Made by a program: the position numbers and the translations under genes. DNA of 64,000 nucleotides from Candidatus Aminicenantales bacterium (lineage in GTDB: Bacteria; Acidobacteriota; Aminicenantia; Aminicenantales; Saccharicenantaceae): the NCBI GenBank assembly GCA_049512315.1, contig JBEKXF010000007.1, positions 1 through 64,000 on the forward strand. The letters are read 5' to 3'. A model generated the notes under the pieces. That model was not told where the DNA came from and searched no databases. It was given only the letters and a program-made list of their open reading frames with translations. This document shows positions 1 through 8,405 of this stretch, piece after piece; positions within the stretch are counted from its first letter, which is position 1; the number at the start of each line of letters is the position of its first letter.

Positions 1-71
1 GCATCCTTGGAAGGTTTACAGAGACCGGTTCGCAAGCGAACTACCCGAGAGACCCTAGGTGATGACAAAAG

Positions 72-115
72 CGGAAAGATTCACGTTGCCCAGGACCGGA
101 AGTATTCACGTTGCC
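72..115 (+). repeat. 19-bp direct repeat pair, possible operator
   Basis: cggaaagattcacgttgcc (72-90) and cggaagtattcacgttgcc (97-115), 17/19 identical, period 25 bp. Confidence 0.6.
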
Positions 116-136
116 TTGACACATCTTCACGGTCAA

Positions 137-166
137 TTGACAGGAGGGTCATCCCCGGATTATCAT
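137..166 (+). promoter_or_regulatory. Putative sigma70 promoter of the ComEA-like gene
   Basis: TTGACA (137-142), 18-nt spacer, TATCAT (161-166); SD AAGGAGG at 182-188 before ATG 194. Confidence 0.55.
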
Positions 167-193
167 CTTCTGGTCACTTACAAGGAGGTAAAG

Positions 194-1090
194 ATGTATC
201 GTCAACCCCGTTTCTTTGCCGTTCTCGCCCTGATCGTCTTCGGCCTCATGCTGGCCGCCCCGGCCACAGGGAGCGCCCAGACGACCCGGGTCAAGAAGCT
301 CGACCTGAACACGGCCACCCAAGCCGAACTCGAAGGCCTCAAGGGCATCGGGCCGGCCCTGGCCGCGAAGATCATCGCCGCCCGTCCGTTCAAAACAGTC
401 GCCGACCTGAAGAATGTCAGCGGCATCAGCGAGGCCACTTACGACGCCGTCAAGGGCCAGGTCACCGTCCGCGCGGCGAGAGCCGTCGCCCAAACGGCCG
501 GGACCAAGGCCAAAGCGACGACGGAGAAGGCCGTCCAAACGACTGAAACCAAAGCCAAGACCGAAACCAAAGCCGCGACGGAGAGGGCCACTCAGGCAGC
601 CGCTCCGGTCTCGGCCGTCGGACGGATCAACCTGAACACGGCCACCCAAGCCGAGCTCGAAGGCCTCAAGGGAATCGGCCCGGCGCTGGCCGCGAAGATC
701 ATCGCCGCCCGTCCGTTCAAGACAGTCGCCGACCTGAAGAATGTCAGCGGCATCAGCCAGGCCACCTATGACGCCGTCAAGGGCCAGGTCACCGTCCGCA
801 CGCCGAAAGTCGCTGCCGAAGCGAGAGAGGCCAAGGCCAAGGCCGGGTCGGAGACAGCCGCCGCCGTTCAGGAAGAAGAAGCCGTCCAACCCAAGCTAAA
901 ACCGGGTGAGACGATCAACATCAACACGGCCACTCAGGAACAGCTTGAGGCCCTGCTGGGCATCGGCCCGGTCAAGGCTCAGGCCATCATCGCCGGCCGG
1001 CCCTATGCTCAGATCGAAGACATCATGAAGGTCAAGGGCATCAAAGAAAAGACCTTCGCCAAGATCAAGGACTACATCGTCGTCAAATAG
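194..1090 (+). CDS. comEA: ComEA-family DNA-binding protein with three helix-hairpin-helix domains and a signal peptide
   Basis: Three (L/I)N(L/I)NTAT..EL..L.GIGP..A..II..RP(F/Y) repeats with Ala/Thr/Lys-rich linkers; hydrophobic N-terminus; SD before ATG 194. Confidence 0.85.
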   Translation: MYRQPRFFAVLALIVFGLMLAAPATGSAQTTRVKKLDLNTATQAELEGLKGIGPALAAKIIAARPFKTVADLKNVSGISEATYDAVKGQVTVRAARAVAQTAGTKAKATTEKAVQTTETKAKTETKAATERATQAAAPVSAVGRINLNTATQAELEGLKGIGPALAAKIIAARPFKTVADLKNVSGISQATYDAVKGQVTVRTPKVAAEAREAKAKAGSETAAAVQEEEAVQPKLKPGETININTATQEQLEALLGIGPVKAQAIIAGRPYAQIEDIMKVKGIKEKTFAKIKDYIVVK

Positions 1091-1142
1091 ACGCGGGACG
1101 TCCGAGTTTGAGCCTGTCGGAATCAGGCAAAAGGAGAATACT

Positions 1143-1550
1143 CTGGGTTTCCTATCTAATATTCTGAAGGGGCTCGGGGGCGGCGGTTCGACCCAGGGAA
1201 GCCAAAGCGCTCTTTTCGACGCCCTGGCGGGAATGATCAGCAACCCTCAATCCGGCGGCCTGCAAGGCTTGCTGCAGACCTTTCAGGAGAAGGGCCTGGG
1301 CGACATCTTCTCGTCCTGGGTCAGCACCGGGCAGAACCAGCCGGTTTCGCCGTCCCAGATCCAGCACGCCCTGGGCGGGGAGCAGATCCAGCAGCTCGCC
1401 GAGAAGGCCGGACTGTCGGTCGGCGACGTGTCCCAGGCCGTGTCCAAGCTGCTCCCGGAAATCGTTAACAAGCTGACGCCCAACGGCAATATCGAGGCCG
1501 GCGGCCTGGTCGGAGAAGGCCTGAGCGCCCTGAAAAAGCTGCTGGGTTGA
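1143..1550 (+). CDS. YidB/DUF937 family protein (probable CTG start at 1143)
   Basis: GGLQGLLQTFQEKGLGDIFSSWVSTGQNQPVSP..LLPEIVNKLTPNG motif; SD AAGGAG 1131-1136 then in-frame CTG GGT TTC CTA. Confidence 0.85.
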   Translation: MGFLSNILKGLGGGGSTQGSQSALFDALAGMISNPQSGGLQGLLQTFQEKGLGDIFSSWVSTGQNQPVSPSQIQHALGGEQIQQLAEKAGLSVGDVSQAVSKLLPEIVNKLTPNGNIEAGGLVGEGLSALKKLLG

Positions 1551-1697
1551 TCGTCCGGGCCGAGCCGGTCAACCGCCCCTCTCCAATCTCTGCTTAGAAC
1601 CGGGGGGAGCGGTCTGTCCAGGCTTCCCCTTCTGCTCCCCGATAGGGTTTGACGGCGAAAAGGGGGGAGTGCTATCATAAAATGAAGAGGTGTAGCC

Positions 1698-1961
1698 ATG
1701 AAAAAGATCCTCGCGGGTTTCCTCGTCCTGGGGTTGACGGTCGTCTTGATGATCGCCGCCGCCCCCAAGGCCTATCAGGTCACGGGGACCGTCAAGGCCC
1801 TGACGGATTCCGTCATCAGCATCGCGAAGAGCAACGGCGAAGTCTGGGACGTCGGCCGTGATGTGGGCCTCAAAGTCACGGGCGGGACGCTGGCCATCGG
1901 GTCCAAGGTCACCGTCATCTACAAAATGGTCGCCGTGAGCGCGGAGATCAAGGCAAAATAG
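1698..1961 (+). CDS. Small exported OB-fold-like protein
   Basis: Signal peptide; YQVTGTVKAL..G.KVTV.Y pattern; SD GAGG. Confidence 0.7.
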   Translation: MKKILAGFLVLGLTVVLMIAAAPKAYQVTGTVKALTDSVISIAKSNGEVWDVGRDVGLKVTGGTLAIGSKVTVIYKMVAVSAEIKAK

Positions 1962-2148
1962 CGGCGATCTTCAACAGACCTTTTCCCCATCTGAGCGAGG
2001 TTTCTCTCGTCAGCCTCGCGAAGGTCCTGCGACCTTTTTGCGGACTAGCCTGGCCGCCGGGCAGGTCAGAGAAATAGACAAACCCTCACACCCACTCCCT
2101 GCAGGTTTCGGGCCGATTGTCCCAGGTCAGGATACGTTATGAGGTCGG

Positions 2149-2319
2149 TTACTTGCCTTTTTTCAGCCTGGCCGCCGTTTCGGCCTTGCTCGTGCGCCTC
2201 ATGTCCGCGGCGTGGGCCCGCTTGTAGGTTTGGATGTCCTTGAACCGCCCCTTGCTGTCGCGCACGGCGTAGAGCTTGGTGCCTGCGACGCTCCGATGCG
2301 TTGTTCTTTTGATCGGCAT
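2149..2319 (-). CDS. Small basic hypothetical protein (56 aa)
   Basis: Strong SD AGGAGGA before ATG 2319; MPIKRTTHRSVAGTKLYAVRDSKGRFKDIQTYKRAH; genome-typical codon use. Confidence 0.7.
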   Translation of the reverse strand: MPIKRTTHRSVAGTKLYAVRDSKGRFKDIQTYKRAHAADMRRTSKAETAARLKKGK

Positions 2320-2473
2320 CCGTTCCTCCTTCCACGAATGGAAATGCTGATGACTCAAGTCTAAATTTTCATCGAGGGGTTGTCAACTCGATGGTTTCTC
2401 CCGGGGGATCATCGTTTGCCCCAGAGAGAAATTTCTGATATATAGTCCCTTCATTTTTTATCAAGGAAGGACG

Positions 2474-3094
2474 TTGAATCCGCCGATCATCCGCACCGTC
2501 GTTTCAGACCTGGGACGCGTCGTCCTCTGGTTCGACAACAACATCTTCCTGCGGAAGCTGGCCGTGCGGGCCGGGAAGCCCTTCGAGGACGTGAAGGCGG
2601 CCGTCCACGGCGACCTCGAGCTTATCCGGCGATTTGACGGCGGGGCCCTAACGCCGGATGAGTTTCATGAGCGGGTCATGCGCGCCGCCGGAGCGTCCGT
2701 CTCCCGCGATATCTTCTACGAGATCTACAACGACATTTTTTCCCTGAATGCGGCCGCGGTCGACGTCCTGGCCCGGGTCAAGACGGCGGGCTACACGACC
2801 GTCCTCCTTTCGAACACTGATCCCGAGCGGTTCGGTTTCGTCCGGCGCCGCTTTCCGGAGATTCTCTTCTTTGATAACTATGTCCTTTCCTACGAGCTCC
2901 GGCTCCTCAAGCCGGACCCGGCCATCTACCTCGAGGCGGCCCGCCGGGCCCGGTCGAATCCGGCCGAGTGCGTCTTCATCGACGACATGGAGGAGAACGT
3001 CAAGGGTGCCGTGGGCGCGGGCCTGCAGGGGATCCGCTACCGGCCGGAGACTGACCTCGCCGCCGAGCTGCGGGCGCTCGGTCTCACCTTTTAG
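2474..3094 (+). CDS. HAD-superfamily phosphatase (subfamily IA)
   Basis: DLGRVV motif I, LLSNT motif II, KPDPAIY, FIDD motif IV. Confidence 0.9.
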   Translation: MNPPIIRTVVSDLGRVVLWFDNNIFLRKLAVRAGKPFEDVKAAVHGDLELIRRFDGGALTPDEFHERVMRAAGASVSRDIFYEIYNDIFSLNAAAVDVLARVKTAGYTTVLLSNTDPERFGFVRRRFPEILFFDNYVLSYELRLLKPDPAIYLEAARRARSNPAECVFIDDMEENVKGAVGAGLQGIRYRPETDLAAELRALGLTF

Positions 3095-3186
3095 GGCGGC
3101 CTTTCGCCACACAATTCTAGTACCTGGTTTATAGTGAGCGACAAGCTCTGGGCGATGAGGCGGGGATATAGACCGCGCTCTTATTT

Positions 3187-3357
3187 GGAGGGGGAATCCG
3201 CTAATCAAGAAGACCCAAGACTCGTTTCAGATATTTACCAGAAGTGCAGCTCCGAGTCGCTCCGCCGCACTTCTGCTGGTCGCTCCTCAGAATCCGCTCC
3301 CTGCCGGTCCCCCCTCCGCTACGGGGGCTTTCGGGCAATCTTTATCGCCGCCCTAAA
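3187..3357 (+). repeat. Dispersed composite palindromic element, copy 1 (core A 3217-3307, module B 3306-3357)
   Basis: Core nearly identical to 18808-18898 and to the reverse complement of 24642-24732; internal stem CAGAAGTGC/GCACTTCTG. Confidence 0.9.
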
Positions 3358-3374
3358 GTGGATGCCTCGGTTTA

Positions 3375-3764
3375 TCAGAGGATTTTGACCCAGACCTGCC
3401 GCGTCCTCGGTCCGTCGAACTCGCAGAGAAAGATCCCCTGCCAGGTGCCGAGCCGGAGGCGTCCTTCGGCGATGATGACGCTCTCCGATGACCCGACCAG
3501 GCCGGCCTTCACGTGGGCCGGGGAGTTCCCTTCGGCGTGGGCATAAGAGAGGGCATCGGGCACCATCTTCCCGAGCGTCATCAGGATATCCGCCTTGACG
3601 TCCGGGTCGGCGTGCTCGTTGATCGTGACCCCGGCCGTCGTGTGCGGGACGTACACGAGACACACCCCTTCTTCGCGGCCCGACGCGGCCACGATCCTCC
3701 CGATCTCCGGGGTCAGATCGACGAGCTCTTCCCGCCTTTTCGTCCGGATTTCAATAGTATCCAT
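3375..3764 (-). CDS. yjbQ: YjbQ/UPF0047 family protein
   Basis: HTTAGVTINE, H.EGNSPAHVK, LGTWQGIFLCEFDGPR motifs. Confidence 0.92.
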   Translation of the reverse strand: MDTIEIRTKRREELVDLTPEIGRIVAASGREEGVCLVYVPHTTAGVTINEHADPDVKADILMTLGKMVPDALSYAHAEGNSPAHVKAGLVGSSESVIIAEGRLRLGTWQGIFLCEFDGPRTRQVWVKIL

Positions 3765-3802
3765 AGCGGCCTCAACAACTTAAAAAAAATCAGAAAAATT
3801 GC

Positions 3803-3831
3803 TTGACAAGCCTTTTTGTTGGGTGTAAATT
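3803..3831 (+). promoter_or_regulatory. sigma70 promoter of the nrd operon
   Basis: TTGACA (3803-3808), 17 nt, TAAATT (3826-3831) with upstream A-rich UP-like tract. Confidence 0.75.
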
Positions 3832-3843
3832 CGGGCCAGAAAA

Positions 3844-3891
3844 ATACAACATTTAGTATTTTTCCATAAATAGCCACACAAGATATGGGAT
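3844..3891 (+). promoter_or_regulatory. Tandem NrdR boxes
   Basis: atacaacatttagtat (3844-3859) and acacaagatatgggat (3876-3891) fit acaCwAtATaTwGtgt; 32-bp period; directly upstream of an RNR gene. Confidence 0.85.
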
Positions 3892-4000
3892 AGGACCTGA
3901 AAGGTGCTTTTCTTTGGCCATGGCTCGAAAACAGCTTGATTTTAGCATGTCCCCCGCGAAAACGACAGGCATTTAATCCCCAGGAAGAAGGAGGTTTTTC

Positions 4001-6073
4001 ATGGTGAGCACGATCGCCCGGATCAAAAAGAGGGACGGGACCGTCACGGATTTCAACCAGGACAAGATCACCAACGCGATCCACAAGGCCATGCAGGGCC
4101 AGGGCATCAAGGACCGGGCCATCGCCAAGACCGCCTCCGACATCGTGACCTTCATGGTCGAGGAGAAATTCGGCGGCTACACCGTTCCGTCCGTCGAGCA
4201 GATCCAGGACATCGTGGAAATGGTCCTCATGAAGCAGGGCTATCACGACGTCGCCAAGGCGTACATCCTCTACCGTGAAAAACACAAGGGCATCCGGGAG
4301 GCCAAGAAGACCGGCGTCAACCTGGAGCGGCTGATCAGGGACTACATCGACAACGCTGACTGGAAGGTCCGCGAGAACTCGAACGAGGGCGTCACCAGCT
4401 TCTCGGGCCTCAACGCCCGCGTCTCGGGCGAGGTCCTCTCGAATTTCGCCCTCAACCAGATCTACACCGAGCCCATGAAGCGGGCCCACGAGGAGGGCGC
4501 GTTCCACATCCACGACCTCAGCTATCCGATCGTCGGCTACTGCGCCGGCTGGTCGCTCGAGAACCTCATCCGCCGGGGCTTCGGCCACGTGCCCAACCAG
4601 GTCCACTCGAACCCGGCCAAACACCTCGACACCCTGACCCTCCACATGGTCAATTATATCGGGACCATGCAGGCCGAGTTCGCCGGCGCCCAGGCCTTCT
4701 CGAGCGTCGACACCTTCCTCGCGCCTTTCATCCGCCACGACAAGCTGAGCTACGAGGACGTCAAGCAGGACATCCAGAAGCTCATCTTCGGGCTCAACGT
4801 TCCCTGCCGCTGGGGCTGGCAGACGCCCTTCTCCAACCTGACCTTCGACTGGACCATCCCCGACGACATGAAGACGAAGAAGGTCGTCGTGGCCGGCGAG
4901 GAGCTCGACTCCTGCTATGGCGACTACCAGAAGGAGGTTGACTGGATCAACCAGGCCTTCCTCGAGATCATGATCGAAGGCGACATGAAGGGCCGGGTTT
5001 TCACCTTCCCCATCCCGACCTACAACCTGAGCCAGGAGTTTGACTGGGATTCCCCCAAGGCCAAGCTCCTCTTCGACGCCACGGCCAAGTACGGCATCCC
5101 GTACTTCCAGAACTACATCGGCACCAACATGAACCCGGGCGACATCCGGGCCATGTGCTGCCGGCTGAACCTCGACCAGCGGGAGCTCATGCGCCGGCCC
5201 GGGAACATCTGGGGGCCGGGCGACTCGACCGGGTCCATCGGCGTCGTGACCGTCAATCTCAACCGGCTCGGCTTCGAGGCCTCCTCCAAGGAGGACTTCT
5301 TCGCCCGGCTCAAGGAGCTCATGGTCCTGGCCAAGGACAGTCTCGAGACCAAGCGCGAGATCGTCAACAACATCCTCGCCCGCGGGATGATGCCCTACAC
5401 CAAGGTCTACCTTGGCCACTTCGACAACCACTTCTCGACGATCGGCGTCTGCGGAATGCACGAGGCCTGTACGAACTTCCTCAAGAAAGGGATCGGCACG
5501 CCGGAGGGTCGCGAGTTCGCTTTCGAGACCCTCATGTATATGCGGGAGGTCCTCCGCCAGTTCCAGGAGGAGACCGGGAACCTCTACAACCTCGAGGCGA
5601 CGCCGGCCGAATCCACCTCCTACCGCCTGGCCCGGCTGGACCGGCAGAAATATCCCCGGATCCACACCTCCGGCACGGAGAAGCACCCCTACCTCACGAA
5701 TTCCACCCAGCTCAACGTCGACTCGACGCGGGACATCTTCGAGGCCATCCAGCACCAGGCCGAGATCCAGGCCCTCTACACCGGCGGGACGATCTTCCAC
5801 GCCTTTCTGCCCGAGGCCATCGACGGCGAGACCTGCAAGAAGCTCGTCCAGCGGATCGTCCAGACCAAGCTTCCGTACTTCTCCATCACCCCGACCTTCA
5901 GCGTCTGCATGAACCACGGGTATATCCGGGGCAAGCACTTCAAGTGCCCGGACTGCGGCGACGAGACCGAAGTCTACAGCCGGATCGTCGGCTACTTGAG
6001 GCCGGTCCGGACCTGGAACGACGGGAAACAGCAGGAGTTCAGCGACCGGACCCCCTACACCAAGATCGCCTGA
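4001..6073 (+). CDS. nrdD: Anaerobic (class III) ribonucleoside-triphosphate reductase with N-terminal ATP cone
   Basis: ATP cone IKKRDG..FNQDKI; HIHDL; YCAGWSL; MCCRL; C..H..CPDCG zinc site; YSRIVGYLRPV glycyl-radical motif. Confidence 0.97.
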   Translation: MVSTIARIKKRDGTVTDFNQDKITNAIHKAMQGQGIKDRAIAKTASDIVTFMVEEKFGGYTVPSVEQIQDIVEMVLMKQGYHDVAKAYILYREKHKGIREAKKTGVNLERLIRDYIDNADWKVRENSNEGVTSFSGLNARVSGEVLSNFALNQIYTEPMKRAHEEGAFHIHDLSYPIVGYCAGWSLENLIRRGFGHVPNQVHSNPAKHLDTLTLHMVNYIGTMQAEFAGAQAFSSVDTFLAPFIRHDKLSYEDVKQDIQKLIFGLNVPCRWGWQTPFSNLTFDWTIPDDMKTKKVVVAGEELDSCYGDYQKEVDWINQAFLEIMIEGDMKGRVFTFPIPTYNLSQEFDWDSPKAKLLFDATAKYGIPYFQNYIGTNMNPGDIRAMCCRLNLDQRELMRRPGNIWGPGDSTGSIGVVTVNLNRLGFEASSKEDFFARLKELMVLAKDSLETKREIVNNILARGMMPYTKVYLGHFDNHFSTIGVCGMHEACTNFLKKGIGTPEGREFAFETLMYMREVLRQFQEETGNLYNLEATPAESTSYRLARLDRQKYPRIHTSGTEKHPYLTNSTQLNVDSTRDIFEAIQHQAEIQALYTGGTIFHAFLPEAIDGETCKKLVQRIVQTKLPYFSITPTFSVCMNHGYIRGKHFKCPDCGDETEVYSRIVGYLRPVRTWNDGKQQEFSDRTPYTKIA

Positions 6074-6080
6074 GGGACCG

Positions 6081-6347
6081 ATGGACTATTTCCTGTTCAC
6101 CTACCCGAACTGTCAGAAGTGCGAGAGCCTGAAGAAGTCCCTCGGGGAGAAGGGGATCGCCTACGGCGAGTACAGCCTGGTCCAGACGGTGGGCAAGGCC
6201 AAGATCCGGGAGTTCATTCGGCACGTCAAACGCGACGGGACGGGCGGGATCATCCTCCCGACGCTCGTCCTCAACGACGAGGGCATCGTCCGGGGGGTCC
6301 TGAACTCCGCCGAAGAGCTGGACCAGTGGTTGAGATCAAAGGGATAG
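6081..6347 (+). CDS. Glutaredoxin/NrdH-like redoxin
   Basis: FTYPNCQKC CxxC near N-terminus, LPTL cis-Pro motif, 88 aa; lies between nrdD and nrdG. Confidence 0.8.
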   Translation: MDYFLFTYPNCQKCESLKKSLGEKGIAYGEYSLVQTVGKAKIREFIRHVKRDGTGGIILPTLVLNDEGIVRGVLNSAEELDQWLRSKG

Positions 6348-7027
6348 AGAAGTTCTCGAGCCGAGACTTCCCCGGCCACATCTCCTCGACGGTCTTCCTC
6401 GGCGGCTGCACGTTCCGCTGCCCGTACTGCCACAACGCCGACCTCGTCCTTAGGCCGGAGGTGATCCAGTCCGTTCCGGTCGACATTTTCCTGTCCTATC
6501 TCGACGGCCGGAAGGGCTGGCTCGAGGCGATCTGCATTTCGGGCGGGGAGCCGCTCCTCCACGACGACGTCGAGGACCTCGTCCGGGTCATCCGGGACCG
6601 GGGCCTTCTGGTCAAGCTCGACACCAACGGATCGTTCCCGGCGCGGCTGGAGAAGCTCCTCCGGGACAAGCTCCTGGACTGGGTGGCCATGGACGTCAAG
6701 GCGCCGCTCGAACGCTACCGGGAGGTCACCCGTTCGGAGGTCGATGTCGAGGCCGTCGTCCGGAGCGCCGACCTCATCCGGACCTCGGGGGTCCGGTCGA
6801 CCTTCCGGACGACGGTCGTCCCCGGCCTCATCGGCCGGGAAGACATCGTCAGGATCGGCGAGTGGCTCAGGGGCGCGGAGAGCTACCTCATCCAGCAGTT
6901 CGTCCCTCATACGACGATCGACCCGGCCTTCCTCGAGAAAAAACCCTACGGCCGTGAGCAGCTCGAAGTCCTGGTCGAGGCGGCCAAGCCCTTTTTCAAG
7001 GAGGCCCGGCTCGAGGGGCCGGAATGA
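6326..7027 (+). CDS. nrdG: Anaerobic RNR activating enzyme (radical SAM)
   Basis: GCTFRCPYCHN CxxxCxxC, ISGGEP, KLDTNG; GTG start overlaps the redoxin gene end. Confidence 0.93.
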   Translation: MVEIKGIEKFSSRDFPGHISSTVFLGGCTFRCPYCHNADLVLRPEVIQSVPVDIFLSYLDGRKGWLEAICISGGEPLLHDDVEDLVRVIRDRGLLVKLDTNGSFPARLEKLLRDKLLDWVAMDVKAPLERYREVTRSEVDVEAVVRSADLIRTSGVRSTFRTTVVPGLIGREDIVRIGEWLRGAESYLIQQFVPHTTIDPAFLEKKPYGREQLEVLVEAAKPFFKEARLEGPE

Positions 7028-7028
7028 C

Positions 7029-7058
7029 GGGGATGTCCCCCCGGAGGGGGACTGTCCC
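7029..7058. repeat. Short REP-like palindrome (GGGGACTGTCCC type)
   Basis: ggggatgtccccccggagggggactgtccc; second copy at 11406-11435. Confidence 0.6.
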
Positions 7059-7094
7059 TCTGAAGGCCCGAACGCTGATTGAAAGGTGACGGCC

Positions 7095-7517
7095 ATGGAG
7101 CTCAAAGTCAAGCGGATCCACCCCGACGCGAAAGTCCCGGTCTACGGACATCCCGGAGACGCCGGCATGGACCTCTTCGCGGTCGTCGACCGGACCCTCG
7201 CGCCGGGCGAGGTTTTCGCGGTCCCGACCGGGATCCAGGTGGCCATCCCGGCCGGGACCGTCGGCCTCATCTGGGACAAGAGCGGCGTCTCGCTCAAGGG
7301 CGTCCACCGGCTGGCCGGGGTCGTCGACGCCGGCTACCGGGGCGAGGTCCAGGTCGTCATGATCAACCTCGGGAAGCAGCCCTTCGCCGTCAAGAAGGGG
7401 ATGAAGATCGCCCAGATGCTCATCCAGCCGGTGACGGGGGTCAGGATCGTCGAGTCGGAGACCCTCGACGACACGTCCCGCGGCGAGGGCGGCTTCGGCT
7501 CGACCGGCCTCTACTGA
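7095..7517 (+). CDS. dut: dUTP diphosphatase
   Basis: AGMDL, KSG, GVVDAGYRGE, IAQ, RGEGGFGSTG motifs. Confidence 0.96.
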   Translation: MELKVKRIHPDAKVPVYGHPGDAGMDLFAVVDRTLAPGEVFAVPTGIQVAIPAGTVGLIWDKSGVSLKGVHRLAGVVDAGYRGEVQVVMINLGKQPFAVKKGMKIAQMLIQPVTGVRIVESETLDDTSRGEGGFGSTGLY

Positions 7518-7526
7518 TCATCTGGC

Positions 7527-8405
7527 ATGCTCATCAGCGCGAGCCGAAGAACCGACATCCCGGCTTTTTATGCCGAATGGCTCATCAACCGGGTCCGGGC
7601 GGGGTTCTGTACCGTGCCCAACCCTTTCAATCCCAGGCAGGTTTCCCGCGTCTCGCTTCGGCCGGAGGACGTCGACGCCTTCGTTTTCTGGACGAGGGAC
7701 CCGAAACCCCTCCTCGGGAGGCTCGCGGAACTGGATGAAAGAGGGTTCCGCTACTATTTTCAATACACCATCCTCGCCAACCCGAGGGCCCTCGACCCCG
7801 GGACTCCGCCGGTCGAGGAGGCCGTGAGCACGTTCCGGTCCCTGGCCGATCACGTCGGGTCCGACAGGGTCGTTTGGCGATATGACCCCATCATCGTCAC
7901 GGATGCGACGCCGGAGGCCTATCTCCTGGATCGGATGGCCTCGATCGCCGCGACCCTCCGGGGATATACGAAACGCCTGGTCATCAGCCTGGTCGACATC
8001 TATCCGCACGTCGAAGCGCACCTCCGCCTCCTCGGGGGAGAGGGGAGGCCCATCAAGCTCTCCCGGGAGCCGTTGACGGCTGATGCGATCAGATCGATGG
8101 CTGGGATCGCCGCGGCGAACGGCATGGAAATCTCGAGCTGCGCGGAGGATAATACCGTTATGAAGCAGGAGATACGCCCGGGCAAATGTGTCGATGATCA
8201 GCTGATCGAAAAAGTGTTCGGGATCAGCGTGACCCATCAAAAGGATCCTCATCAGCGCCCGGCCTGCGGCTGTGTCGTCAGCAAGGACATCGGCGTATAT
8301 GATACGTGCGCGTTCCGATGCCTCTATTGCTATGCGACCAGGAACGTCGGGACGGCCGGGCGGAACCGCCTCAAACACGACCCCGGAGCCCCATCATTGA
8401 TCTGA
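7527..8405 (+). CDS. DUF1848 family protein
   Basis: ISASRRTDIPAFY N-terminus; WRYDPI; C-terminal CGC..SKDIG.YDTC...CLYCYA. Confidence 0.9.
   Translation: MLISASRRTDIPAFYAEWLINRVRAGFCTVPNPFNPRQVSRVSLRPEDVDAFVFWTRDPKPLLGRLAELDERGFRYYFQYTILANPRALDPGTPPVEEAVSTFRSLADHVGSDRVVWRYDPIIVTDATPEAYLLDRMASIAATLRGYTKRLVISLVDIYPHVEAHLRLLGGEGRPIKLSREPLTADAIRSMAGIAAANGMEISSCAEDNTVMKQEIRPGKCVDDQLIEKVFGISVTHQKDPHQRPACGCVVSKDIGVYDTCAFRCLYCYATRNVGTAGRNRLKHDPGAPSLI

Noticed and set aside
72..133. Possible CRISPR array remnant
   Set aside because: Only two 19-bp units with a 6-bp gap and no cas genes
3134..3388. Similar short ORFs (SDIYQKCSSESLRR) here, at 18718-19047 and in the sppA upstream extension
   Set aside because: Translations of the dispersed repeat; frames and starts are not conserved
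3987..3996. nrdD ribosome-binding region (aagaaggagg) complementary to the sRNA CCUCCUUCUU segment
   Set aside because: Any strong SD would match; one short match is not evidence of a target
3713..5938. Long antisense or alternate-frame ORFs (also 9845-12736, 38674-40146, 39945-42854, 42884-44509, 62227-63747)
   Set aside because: Shadows of real genes caused by high GC3; no motifs or SD
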